From the NCBI RefSeq assembly GCF_041563495.1, contig NZ_JBFFMZ010000011.1:11108-75107 (forward strand): a stretch of 64,000 nt of DNA, in the 5' to 3' direction. The notes under the pieces are model-generated. The model was not told where the DNA came from. It worked only from the letters and a program-made list of their open reading frames with translations, and ran no database searches. The DNA comes from Sulfurimonas sp. (GTDB taxonomy: Bacteria; Campylobacterota; Campylobacteria; Campylobacterales; Sulfurimonadaceae). Every line of letters starts with the position of its first letter. Within the stretch, counting starts at the first letter, position 1. The translations under genes and the position numbers were made by a program. Positions 1 to 9,297 of this stretch are shown here, in pieces.

Positions 1-113
1 CTTCTAAAAAATTTAGCTACTTCTACCATTGTACTAGGAAGTTTATCGGGACCTAGAAACAAAATGGCGATAACAGCAATGATGAGTATCTCTGTAAAGC
101 CCATTCCAAACAT
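1..113 (-). CDS. Twin-arginine translocase TatA/TatB-family protein, N-terminal part (gene runs off window start)
   Basis: Reverse complement from ATG at 113..111 reads MFGMGFTEILIIAVIAILFLGPDKLPSTMVEVAKFFR. This is one TM helix followed by the FLGPxKLP hinge typical of TatA/B/E. Absent from the ORF track because it is truncated. Confidence 0.6.
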   Translation of the reverse strand, partial: MFGMGFTEILIIAVIAILFLGPDKLPSTMVEVAKFFR

Positions 114-174
114 ATTTAACCTTCAAAATTATTATTAAGTCCAAGAGTTTAGCTAAAGAATGATTAAATTTTCT

Positions 175-1230
175 TCAACTGCTCAAGAAAAGTGTAATCT
201 CATCAGCTAAAAGATACTCATGGTTATATAATGTATCATTTTTAAGTGTGAGTTTTTTTTCATCAACTAAAATATCAGCTCTTTTTTGTTCATCATTGTT
301 AAGAATTGCGTACTTTACTCCTACACAAGAACGAAGACCTAAAAATATTTGTTCAATTTTTTTATCTTCAAGACTTAACTCTTCAACTCTGATATTTACA
401 GGATTGATTATGTAATCTTCAACAATTGTAGTTGGATAAAATCTTTTAAGCCCAAGTTTTCCAACTGCACCGCTTCCTAGACCAATATAATCTTTATATT
501 CCCAGTATCCCAGATTATGAGTGCTTTGGTATGATCCGAAGTTACTTATTTCATACTGCTTAAATCCAGAGTTTTGTACTGTTTTAAAGAGCCAGTTTGT
601 TAGATTTAGAGTCTCTTTTGACATATGAGGCTTTGACTCAAAAGGTGTACCCTCTTCTATGGTTAAGGCATAAGCACTTAGGTGATTTATAGGTAAACTA
701 AATGCCGTTTTTAAATCATGATTTAACAATTCTTTTGTATCACCCAAAGTGGCATATATCAAATCAAGTGAAATGTTTTTAAAGCCTATTTCCTTTGCAT
801 CTAGGATGGCTTTTTTTGCATCTGTTGCATCATGAGCACGATTTAGAAGTTTTAATTTCTCTTTGTTAAAACTCTGCACGCCAAAACTTATACGGTTGAC
901 CCCCAAGTCAAACATTCCCTGCAACCAAGCTTTTGTGGCGCTGTTTGGGTTTGCTTCGCTTGTTATTTCAATGTTGTTTTTTAGGTACGGTCTTATTGAT
1001 TCAAATATCGGTTTATATAATTCAGGAGCAACGGTAGATGGTGTTCCTCCACCTATAAAAACCGACTCTATAGTCTGTTTTTTCGCTTCAAACCTTTTAA
1101 GCTCAAAATCCAGCTGAATTAAAAGGGCTTGCATATATTTTTCTTTTAGATGAAACTTGTCAACATAAGAGTTAAATGAACAATATGAACATTTTGAATC
1201 GCAAAACGGGATATGGATGTAGAGTAGCAT
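175..1230 (-). CDS. hemW: Radical SAM heme chaperone HemW / HemN-like oxygen-independent coproporphyrinogen oxidase family
   Basis: 351 aa. Radical-SAM cluster motif IPFCDSKCSYCSF (CxxxCxxC) and GGGTPS motif. The size fits HemW rather than full-length HemN. Confidence 0.85.
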   Translation of the reverse strand: MLLYIHIPFCDSKCSYCSFNSYVDKFHLKEKYMQALLIQLDFELKRFEAKKQTIESVFIGGGTPSTVAPELYKPIFESIRPYLKNNIEITSEANPNSATKAWLQGMFDLGVNRISFGVQSFNKEKLKLLNRAHDATDAKKAILDAKEIGFKNISLDLIYATLGDTKELLNHDLKTAFSLPINHLSAYALTIEEGTPFESKPHMSKETLNLTNWLFKTVQNSGFKQYEISNFGSYQSTHNLGYWEYKDYIGLGSGAVGKLGLKRFYPTTIVEDYIINPVNIRVEELSLEDKKIEQIFLGLRSCVGVKYAILNNDEQKRADILVDEKKLTLKNDTLYNHEYLLADEITLFLSS

Positions 1231-1344
1231 GCTTAATAGTCCTTGTTAAGGATGAAAGTATAGCAAAAGTTTATTTTTTTAAAAGAAAAGAAGAATATAA
1301 TATAGTCATTGTATATTGTGATAAAACAACTAAGAGCGTGGTCT

Positions 1345-3900
1345 ATGAGCAAAGATATAAAGTTCACGAAAAATATAAAACTTTTATACGTTGAAGACAA
1401 CGATGAGCTTAGAGAAGCAGTGCTTGAGATTTTAAAATATTATTTTAATAATATTACAACAGCCGAAAATGGAAAAGAGGGTCTTGAGTTTTACGAAAAT
1501 CATCACAGCTCAAAAAAAACATATTTTGACATAGTCATCAGTGACATCAAAATGCCACATATGGATGGCGTTGAGATGTGTAAAAAAATCAAAGATATAA
1601 ATTCAAATCAAATAATTGTACTCCTCACTGCGCATGATTCTAATGAATATCTAATGGATGCAATAAATATCGGCGTTGACAAATTTATTATAAAACCCAT
1701 TGTTGACGCAAATGAGTTTATATCTTCACTTATAAAATTATCAAAAAAAATATTATATGAACTTGAGTTCAAAAAGAAAGAATTTTTATTAAAACAAAAA
1801 AATAAGATTATTGATGAAAATATTTTTATGACAGTTTCTGATTTAAGTGGAAAAATTGTTGAAATATCACAGGCATATCTTAATTTTACTGGTTATACGA
1901 GAGATGAAGTAATCGGTCAAAATCACAGCATATTTAGAGATGAAGGCGCTAACCCTGAGATTATAAAAAATCTTTGGGAAACGATTTTAGCGGACAAAGA
2001 GTGGTTTGGTGAACTCAAAAATAACAAATACAGCGGTGAAGAGTATTGGATAAGTTCAACTATCAGCCCTTTGTATAACATTAAAAATAAAAAGATAGGC
2101 TATACCGCAATAGTAGAAGATATAACAAATACTAAAAGATTGGAAGCTCTGTCTATTACCGATTCCCTGACAAATATTCATAACAGGCGCTATTTTGACT
2201 ACTCTTTAAAAAGAGAGTTTAAAAGTGCGACATGGAGAAAAGAAAATTTTGGACTTTTAATAATCGATGTTGATTTTTTCAAAGAGTATAATGATATCTA
2301 CGGTCATGTAAAGGGTGATAAAATCTTAAAGACAATAGCATCTGAGATAAAAAAATATGTAAATAACTCTATAGAAGACGTTTTTAGAATCGGCGGGGAA
2401 GAATTTGCCGTATTTATCTCGAACAAATCTGAACGCACTGTACAAAGAATAGCCCTAGAATTAGTCACAAATATAGAGTTGTTGGAGATAAAACACGAAA
2501 AAAGTGCAGTCTCAGACTTTGTGACTATATCGATTGGTGCCGTTAATATAGACGGTTCAAAAAACCCTGTCTCAAATGAGGACCTTTATAATCTTGCAGA
2601 TAACAATCTCTATAAAGCAAAACAAAGCGGCAGAAACAGAGTCGTATTTGATATAGACATATCTTCTATGGAAACACTGAAAAATTTAGACGTAATAACA
2701 AAGCTGCCAAATAGACAATCTCTGATTCAGGATTTATCCATTTTACAAGAAGAAGCGATGCTTATACTGCTTCATATAAATCAAATCAATTCTATAAAAG
2801 ATTTGTACGGCATTGAAGCAGTTGAAGATATCGTCTCACAAAAAGCAAAACAATTAAGTCAGATAATAATAGACAACGGTGCTACTCTCTATAGTCTAAA
2901 TATGCAAGAGTTCGCGATTTTAGTTACTTCAAGACCTATGTTTGAAAAATATATGGCGCTGTTAAAATATTCTATATTAACAAACAGTGATGAAAATGTT
3001 TATTATGCCGATGATGATAATTATTTTATATCCGAGTTCACTGCGGGTGTGTCCTATGGAATGTTAAATATATTTAACCAAGCGGATATCGTTCTTCAAG
3101 AAGCCATAATATCTAAAAAGAATATGCTGATATATAAAAACAACCAAACCACTCTTGAACTTCAAAAAGCTACATTAAACAGGTTGAGAGTTTATAAAAA
3201 AGCACTTCATAGCGGAAATATAATCCCATATTTTCAACCTATCATAGATGCAAAAGATAACTCTGTGATGAAATATGAAGCCTTGGCGAGGCTCATGACT
3301 GATACAGGGGAAATTGTAACTCCTTATTATTTTCTCGATTCTGCAAAACAGGATAATACATTTGAATTTTTTACAAGACAGATGATGCAAAAAGTCTTTA
3401 ACATCTATGCAAAAAGAAAAGCAGATATATCCATAAATATAACCTATGAAAACATAAACTCTCCGAGTATGCAGGATTATATAAAAAACAGACTGGATAA
3501 GTATGGTGGGGATGGTATAACATTTGAAATTGTCGAATCTGAAGATATTGAAAACTATGCGTTGATTGAAGATTTTATATTGATGCTTAAAAAGTACAAC
3601 TGTAAAGTTTCCATAGATGATTTTGGTTCAGGTTATTCTAATTTCACAAATATAATTAAATTAAATATTGATTATATAAAACTTGACGGTTCTTTAATAG
3701 AAAAACTCAATATTGATAAAAATGTAGAGCATATGATTAAAGCACTTTTAGACTTTGCAAAAAATGCGAATATAAAGACAATAGCCGAGTTTGTAAGTAC
3801 AAAAGAGTTAGACGATAAAGTCAGAGAACTTGGAGTAGACTATATTCAAGGTTATTTATACGGCGAACCAAACACAGCAGAAAGTTACGGACTGATATAG
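1345..3900 (+). CDS. Receiver(REC)-PAS-GGDEF-(degenerate GGDEF-like)-EAL c-di-GMP signalling protein
   Basis: Start moved to ATG 1345 (MSKDIKF). REC segment (LLYVEDNDELRE..ISDIKMPHMDG..KP), then PAS (GYTRDEVIGQN). GGDEF domain with RIGGEEF. A second GGDEF-like module carries NMQEF in place of GGDEF. EAL domain with EALARL, DDFGSGYSN and QGYLYG. Confidence 0.85.
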   Translation: MSKDIKFTKNIKLLYVEDNDELREAVLEILKYYFNNITTAENGKEGLEFYENHHSSKKTYFDIVISDIKMPHMDGVEMCKKIKDINSNQIIVLLTAHDSNEYLMDAINIGVDKFIIKPIVDANEFISSLIKLSKKILYELEFKKKEFLLKQKNKIIDENIFMTVSDLSGKIVEISQAYLNFTGYTRDEVIGQNHSIFRDEGANPEIIKNLWETILADKEWFGELKNNKYSGEEYWISSTISPLYNIKNKKIGYTAIVEDITNTKRLEALSITDSLTNIHNRRYFDYSLKREFKSATWRKENFGLLIIDVDFFKEYNDIYGHVKGDKILKTIASEIKKYVNNSIEDVFRIGGEEFAVFISNKSERTVQRIALELVTNIELLEIKHEKSAVSDFVTISIGAVNIDGSKNPVSNEDLYNLADNNLYKAKQSGRNRVVFDIDISSMETLKNLDVITKLPNRQSLIQDLSILQEEAMLILLHINQINSIKDLYGIEAVEDIVSQKAKQLSQIIIDNGATLYSLNMQEFAILVTSRPMFEKYMALLKYSILTNSDENVYYADDDNYFISEFTAGVSYGMLNIFNQADIVLQEAIISKKNMLIYKNNQTTLELQKATLNRLRVYKKALHSGNIIPYFQPIIDAKDNSVMKYEALARLMTDTGEIVTPYYFLDSAKQDNTFEFFTRQMMQKVFNIYAKRKADISINITYENINSPSMQDYIKNRLDKYGGDGITFEIVESEDIENYALIEDFILMLKKYNCKVSIDDFGSGYSNFTNIIKLNIDYIKLDGSLIEKLNIDKNVEHMIKALLDFAKNANIKTIAEFVSTKELDDKVRELGVDYIQGYLYGEPNTAESYGLI

Positions 3901-3982
3901 AACAGGTTTTCTTTTTTTGAAATTATCTTGTTTTAATAGCAGATTTAGTATAATCGCGATTATTATAATACAGAGTAAATAA

Positions 3983-4450
3983 ATGAAAAAAGATTTATAT
4001 CGTCCTAATGTGGCAATGATTATTGTATCAAATAATTATCCGCTGAAAAAAGAGATCTTTATAGCACAGCGAAATGACCTTACTGACGTATGGCAGTTTC
4101 CTCAGGGTGGCATTGATGAGGGTGAAGAGGTGCATGAAGCACTTTTTCGTGAGCTAGAAGAAGAGATAGGTACTGATGAGGTTAAAATCGTGGCTGAATA
4201 TCCTGAGTGGATAACATATGATTTTCCTTCTAAAATAGCTGTGAAAATGAAACCTTACAAGGGACAAAAGCAGAAATATTTTTTAGTAAAATTAAAAAAA
4301 AGTGCAAAGATAGATATAAACACTGCTCATCCTGAATTTAGTGATTATAAATTTGTTGGAGTAGATGAGGCTTTAGGTTTAAGCGCCTCTTTTAAACAGG
4401 TAGTCTATAAGACTGTGATTGGACATTTTAAAAATGAAGGTTATCTTTAG
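3983..4450 (+). CDS. rppH: RNA pyrophosphohydrolase (Nudix hydrolase)
   Basis: 155 aa. Nudix box GGIDEGEEVHEALFRELEEEIG. Sits directly upstream of lysC, as in Campylobacter. Confidence 0.85.
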   Translation: MKKDLYRPNVAMIIVSNNYPLKKEIFIAQRNDLTDVWQFPQGGIDEGEEVHEALFRELEEEIGTDEVKIVAEYPEWITYDFPSKIAVKMKPYKGQKQKYFLVKLKKSAKIDINTAHPEFSDYKFVGVDEALGLSASFKQVVYKTVIGHFKNEGYL

Positions 4451-5662
4451 ATGTTAATAGTACAAAAATTTGGTGGAACGAGCGTTGGTGATTTGGAGCG
4501 TATTCAAAATGTGGCAAATCGTGTGGCTGAAACTAAAAAGGCCGGTAACGACGTAGTTGTAGTTGTTTCGGCAATGAGCGGAGAGACTAACAAACTAGTG
4601 GAATATGCAGAGCACTTTTCTGCTACTCCTGCAAGAGCTGAAATGGATATGTTGCTTAGTTCAGGGGAAAGGGTAACCGCATCTCTTTTATCTATTGCCT
4701 TAAATGAGATGGGATATGAAGCAGTTTCTATGACTGGTAGAAAAGCAGGGATAGTTACGGATTCGCTTCACACAAAAGCACGCATAGAAGAGATAGACCC
4801 TACAACTATGAACACTGCTCTTAAAAATGGCAGAATTGTTGTTGTAGCTGGTTTTCAAGGTGTCTCTTTAGAAGGAAATGTGACAACTCTCGGTCGTGGT
4901 GGAAGTGATTTGAGTGCTGTTGCCATTGCCGGGGCCGTAAAAGCTGATCTTTGTGAGATTTACACGGATGTCAGCGGTATTTACACAACTGATCCTCGTA
5001 TTGAGCCAAAAGCAAAAAAACTTAATCAAATATCTTATGATGAGATGCTGGAGTTGGCATCTCTTGGTGCAAAAGTACTCCAAAACCGCTCTGTAGAGTT
5101 GGCAAAAAAATTAAATGTAAATCTAGTAACCAGAACAAGTTTCTCAAATGAAGAAGGAACATTAATAACAAAGGAAGAAAATATCATGGAAAAACCATTA
5201 GTAAGCGGAATAGCATTAGATAAGAATCAAGCTCGCATCTCTTTAATGGGAGTGATTGACAGACCTGGAATAGCATCTGATATCTTCGGTAAACTAGCTG
5301 CCAGTGATGTAAATATTGACATGATTATTCAAAATAAAGCGCATGATGGAACAACAAACATAGATTTTACCGTAGCAAAAGGTGATTTGTATGATGCAAA
5401 AAGTGTTGTGGACGATTTCGTAAAAAGCGGTGATATAAAAGATGATTCATATAATGAGAAAATTTGTAAGGTTTCCATTGTCGGTGTAGGTATGAAATCT
5501 CATACCGGTGTCGCTGCAAAGGCTTTTGCTACTATGGCTGATAATAACATAAATATAAATATGATATCAACATCGGAGATAAAAGTCTCTATGGTTATAG
5601 ATGAAAAATATGCAGAGCTGGCTGTCAGAAGCCTGCATGATGCGTATGAGTTAGATAAGTAA
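4451..5662 (+). CDS. lysC: Aspartate kinase
   Basis: 403 aa. N-terminal MLIVQKFGGTSV kinase signature and two C-terminal ACT-like repeats. Confidence 0.95.
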   Translation: MLIVQKFGGTSVGDLERIQNVANRVAETKKAGNDVVVVVSAMSGETNKLVEYAEHFSATPARAEMDMLLSSGERVTASLLSIALNEMGYEAVSMTGRKAGIVTDSLHTKARIEEIDPTTMNTALKNGRIVVVAGFQGVSLEGNVTTLGRGGSDLSAVAIAGAVKADLCEIYTDVSGIYTTDPRIEPKAKKLNQISYDEMLELASLGAKVLQNRSVELAKKLNVNLVTRTSFSNEEGTLITKEENIMEKPLVSGIALDKNQARISLMGVIDRPGIASDIFGKLAASDVNIDMIIQNKAHDGTTNIDFTVAKGDLYDAKSVVDDFVKSGDIKDDSYNEKICKVSIVGVGMKSHTGVAAKAFATMADNNININMISTSEIKVSMVIDEKYAELAVRSLHDAYELDK

Positions 5663-5668
5663 CAGTAT

Positions 5669-6217
5669 ATGCAGGATTTTGCACAATGGAGTTTGGATAT
5701 TATTAGAGAAGAGGGGGCAAGTCTTAGTTGGCTCGAAGAGCAGCGCTTTGACTGGACAAATCCTCTTTCTCTGGCATTAGAGCAGATATTAAACGGTAAA
5801 ACAATCATTCTCATCACTGATGAGAAACGAAAATGGTTAGAGACCTATATTTTGTGCTCAATAAACTCTATGAATTTAGATAGACCTCTTTTGCCTATTG
5901 TCAGTATGGACAGTCTCTATCAACATTATAGAAATGTAAGCGGCGGAGAGATGATAGACGTAGTCGAAGATATGATATCTCTTTCATACAAAGATGACTA
6001 CTTTTTTTGGTATATAGGTAAAGGTGACGATAAACGCGCTGATATAGCAAAAAGAAAAGATACCAGTTATTTTTGGATTTTTGATGAAGAGTTCCATAAT
6101 GGTTTTACGCTAAAGTCATATGACCCTATTATAGATATAAAACTTTTACAATTATATAAACTATTTGACGCTTCACTCAATGCTACAATATTTGGAGAAG
6201 TGGATGTTAACTCGTGA
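5669..6217 (+). CDS. Hypothetical protein occupying the conserved slot between lysC and holB
   Basis: 182-aa ORF with coding-like composition and tight spacing to both neighbours. No motif recognised. Confidence 0.55.
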   Translation: MQDFAQWSLDIIREEGASLSWLEEQRFDWTNPLSLALEQILNGKTIILITDEKRKWLETYILCSINSMNLDRPLLPIVSMDSLYQHYRNVSGGEMIDVVEDMISLSYKDDYFFWYIGKGDDKRADIAKRKDTSYFWIFDEEFHNGFTLKSYDPIIDIKLLQLYKLFDASLNATIFGEVDVNS

Positions 6218-6821
6218 AGAAGTAAAAAGTCATATTTTAATATCTAGCGATATTGAAGCAGAAGTAGAAAAATTAAAATCTTTATTGCAACCAAACAGAG
6301 TTGTTACTTTTATTGAAGAAAAATTTCTTATTGAACACGCAAAAGCAGTCGTTGCGGAAGCTTATATAAGCGAATCCCAAACAAAATACATTATTCTTGG
6401 AGCATTGGAGTTTAATGCTGTCTCTCAAAACTCTTTGTTAAAAGTTTTGGAAGAACCGCCAAGAAATATAGAATTTATAATTATTTCTCCTACAAAATCA
6501 AATCTTCTTCCGACTGTACGCTCAAGACTCCCAATCCTAAAAGGTGAAACTTTTCATACTGCGCATGAGTGTGAACTTAATCTTGCAAAACTGGATTACT
6601 CAGACGTGTTTACGTTCTTAAAGACAAATGCAAGAATAAAGAAAAATGAAGCAAAAGCTATAGTCGAAGCTCTTTACTACAGAGCAACGGTCGTAGATAT
6701 GCTAATACTGTCTCAAAATCAATTAGACAATTTTGACAAAGCATACAGACTCTTGGAGTTAAACTCAAGACCACAAAGTGTTTTAGCACTTATTTTAATG
6801 GGGTTCATAGATGCAAATTGA
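6204..6821 (+). CDS. holB: DNA polymerase III delta-prime subunit (short form)
   Basis: Start moved to ATG 6204, preceded by GGAGAAG. Clamp-loader motif SQNSLLKVLEEPP and SRLP-type sensor motif (VRSRLPIL). Confidence 0.7.
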   Translation: MLTREEVKSHILISSDIEAEVEKLKSLLQPNRVVTFIEEKFLIEHAKAVVAEAYISESQTKYIILGALEFNAVSQNSLLKVLEEPPRNIEFIIISPTKSNLLPTVRSRLPILKGETFHTAHECELNLAKLDYSDVFTFLKTNARIKKNEAKAIVEALYYRATVVDMLILSQNQLDNFDKAYRLLELNSRPQSVLALILMGFIDAN

Positions 6822-7953
6822 AAAACTCTCAAACAACATAGATGTTTCGCATTATTTAAAAGAGCTGGGAGTAGATAGCGGCGGTATTGGCATCTTGGCT
6901 TCAAAAATGACTCATCATATTATCTACATAAGAGACCTGCATGTCGGTGCTGCAAATATTTTAAAGCAAGATGCACTTTCTATAGGAGCTGATTTGGCTG
7001 TACCTCGTGGAACGGTTGTCGCAGCAACTTCTCAAGTAGACTGCATTTTGTGTGCTACAACCAAACAGTTGAATCTTCTTAGTAAAAAAGAGCTTGCACA
7101 GCCGTTTGGACTTAAAGAGTTGGCAAAAAAGTTAGCACAGATAGCAAAAACCAAAAAACCAAAATCCACACAAATTATGGGTGTTTTAAATGCGAATGAA
7201 GATAGTTTTTTTTCCGGAAGCAGGTTTGTAGACAGAGATGCTATCTTTGCAATAGAGAAGATGATAGAAGATGGTGCTGACATAATAGACATAGGCGGAG
7301 TCTCTTCTGCTCCAAATGCAAAGTCTGTAGATGCCAAAGAAGAACTTGAACGAGTTAAGCCGATATTGGATGTTATCAAAGAACAAAAGCTTAATGAAAA
7401 CGTAAACTTCAGCATAGACAGCTATGAACCTACGGTTGTAGATTATGCTCTTAAGAGCGGTTTTAAGATAGTTAACGATATAACGGGATTAGGCAATGAT
7501 GAAATCTGTAAACTATGTGCGAGTTACGATGCAAAAGCGGTAATTATGCATATGCAGGGAACACCATCAACCATGCAAACAGCACCTAAATACAATAATC
7601 TTTTAAGTGATATATATTCGTTTTTTCAAGAGAGAATTGAAAAAGCTGAGAGTTTTGGTGTAAAAGACATAGTTTTAGATGTAGGTATAGGATTTGGAAA
7701 AACACTTGAGCATAATCTGAAACTGATTAAGCACTTAGAACATTTTTTGACTTTAAACAAAGAATTATTAGTAGGTGCTTCAAGAAAGTCAATGATAGAT
7801 AAAATATACCCTTCTCTGCCGCAAGACAGATTGGCAGGAACACTTGCCTTGCACCTAGAAGCTATGAAAAACGGTGCATCTATTATCCGTGCACATGATG
7901 TTATGGAACATCTGCAGGCCATAAAAATTCAAAAAGTCTTGAACGAAATATAA
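6811..7953 (+). CDS. folP: Dihydropteroate synthase with N-terminal extension
   Basis: 380 aa. The C-terminal ~260 aa form a pterin-binding DHPS domain (GVLNANEDSFFSG, DIIDIGGVSS, GASRKS, IRAHDV). About 115 extra N-terminal residues. Confidence 0.9.
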   Translation: MQIEKLSNNIDVSHYLKELGVDSGGIGILASKMTHHIIYIRDLHVGAANILKQDALSIGADLAVPRGTVVAATSQVDCILCATTKQLNLLSKKELAQPFGLKELAKKLAQIAKTKKPKSTQIMGVLNANEDSFFSGSRFVDRDAIFAIEKMIEDGADIIDIGGVSSAPNAKSVDAKEELERVKPILDVIKEQKLNENVNFSIDSYEPTVVDYALKSGFKIVNDITGLGNDEICKLCASYDAKAVIMHMQGTPSTMQTAPKYNNLLSDIYSFFQERIEKAESFGVKDIVLDVGIGFGKTLEHNLKLIKHLEHFLTLNKELLVGASRKSMIDKIYPSLPQDRLAGTLALHLEAMKNGASIIRAHDVMEHLQAIKIQKVLNEI

Positions 7954-7962
7954 AGGAGTTTT

Positions 7963-9297
7963 ATGAAGTTTCCAAATATATATGAAATCGCAACCACATC
8001 AGTAGTCTCAATAGATATAAACAGCACCTTTGCTCAGGCAATGGAAAAAATGCTTGCTAATAATCACAGAAATATTGTTATTGTGGATATAAATGACTTT
8101 TATATTTTAAGCATTATAGATATTTTAAATATTCAAGCCAACTCAATTGATTTTAATACACCGCTTCGTGATTTGCAACTTTTAAAAATACCCATAATAA
8201 AAAAAGATAAAAACATTTTAGAAACCTTAGAATATTTAAACAACTCGATAGAGTATATTTGCGTAGTAAATGATGACCACTCACTATATGGACTTGTCAC
8301 TCATACAGATATAACTACAAATATAGACCCTGATACATTAATGGAAAACTACCGCCTACAAGACTTTTTGAAACTTGGACGTAGAATGAAATGGGTAAGA
8401 AGAGATGAAAAAATATCTACCTTGATTAAAGATATGATTGATAACTCTTACGACAATGTAGTAGTCGTAGAGGATTTAAAGCCTATCGGTATTTTTACAA
8501 CAAAAGATATTATGAGATTAATGAAAAATAAAACCAATTTGGATGTAGAGATACAAGAACATATGACGACACCTGTTGAGTCAGTGCATAAAAATGCTTC
8601 AATAAAAGAAGCATTAGAGTTTATAAAAGAGAGACACTACAAAAGAGTTATAGTCGTGGATGATAATGGTTCGTTATCTGGAATTATTTCACAAAAAGAG
8701 TTGATATCTCTGACTTATTCTAAATGGTCGACTTTGATGAAAGAGTATCAAGCAGAGTTACATGAAATAAACTTAATGCTTCAAAATAAAAATATTGAGT
8801 ATGAAAATATTGCATCAACAGATTCTTTAACAGGACTATACAACAGACACAAATTTTCTCAACTCTATCTATCGGCATATACATCAATGGTTCAAAGACA
8901 TAATGATATGTCACTTATACTTTTAGACATAGATCACTTTAAAAAGGTAAATGATGATTTTGGACATAATGTAGGTGATAAAGCTCTTGTTCAAGTCTCA
9001 CATGCTCTTTTAAAAAACCTTAGAAATATTGATATAGTGTGTAGATGGGGCGGAGAAGAATTTTTGATATTATTACCGACAGTAGATTTGGAGCATGCTA
9101 TGCATATTGCTCAAAAAATAAGACAAGCAATAGAAATATTAGACATAGACATTATTGGTAACGCTACTGCAAGTTTTGGAATAGCTCAGGTTATTGAAGG
9201 TGAAGAGATGAAAGAGGTTATAAATAGAGCCGATAAGGCTCTATATCTGGCAAAAGATTGTGGAAGAAATTGTGTAAAGAGTGAGATAGATATTTAA
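7963..9297 (+). CDS. CBS-pair(x2)-GGDEF diguanylate cyclase
   Basis: 444 aa. N-terminal CBS-like repeats, a coiled linker, and a GGDEF domain with RWGGEEF and upstream DSLTGLYNR. Confidence 0.85.
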   Translation: MKFPNIYEIATTSVVSIDINSTFAQAMEKMLANNHRNIVIVDINDFYILSIIDILNIQANSIDFNTPLRDLQLLKIPIIKKDKNILETLEYLNNSIEYICVVNDDHSLYGLVTHTDITTNIDPDTLMENYRLQDFLKLGRRMKWVRRDEKISTLIKDMIDNSYDNVVVVEDLKPIGIFTTKDIMRLMKNKTNLDVEIQEHMTTPVESVHKNASIKEALEFIKERHYKRVIVVDDNGSLSGIISQKELISLTYSKWSTLMKEYQAELHEINLMLQNKNIEYENIASTDSLTGLYNRHKFSQLYLSAYTSMVQRHNDMSLILLDIDHFKKVNDDFGHNVGDKALVQVSHALLKNLRNIDIVCRWGGEEFLILLPTVDLEHAMHIAQKIRQAIEILDIDIIGNATASFGIAQVIEGEEMKEVINRADKALYLAKDCGRNCVKSEIDI

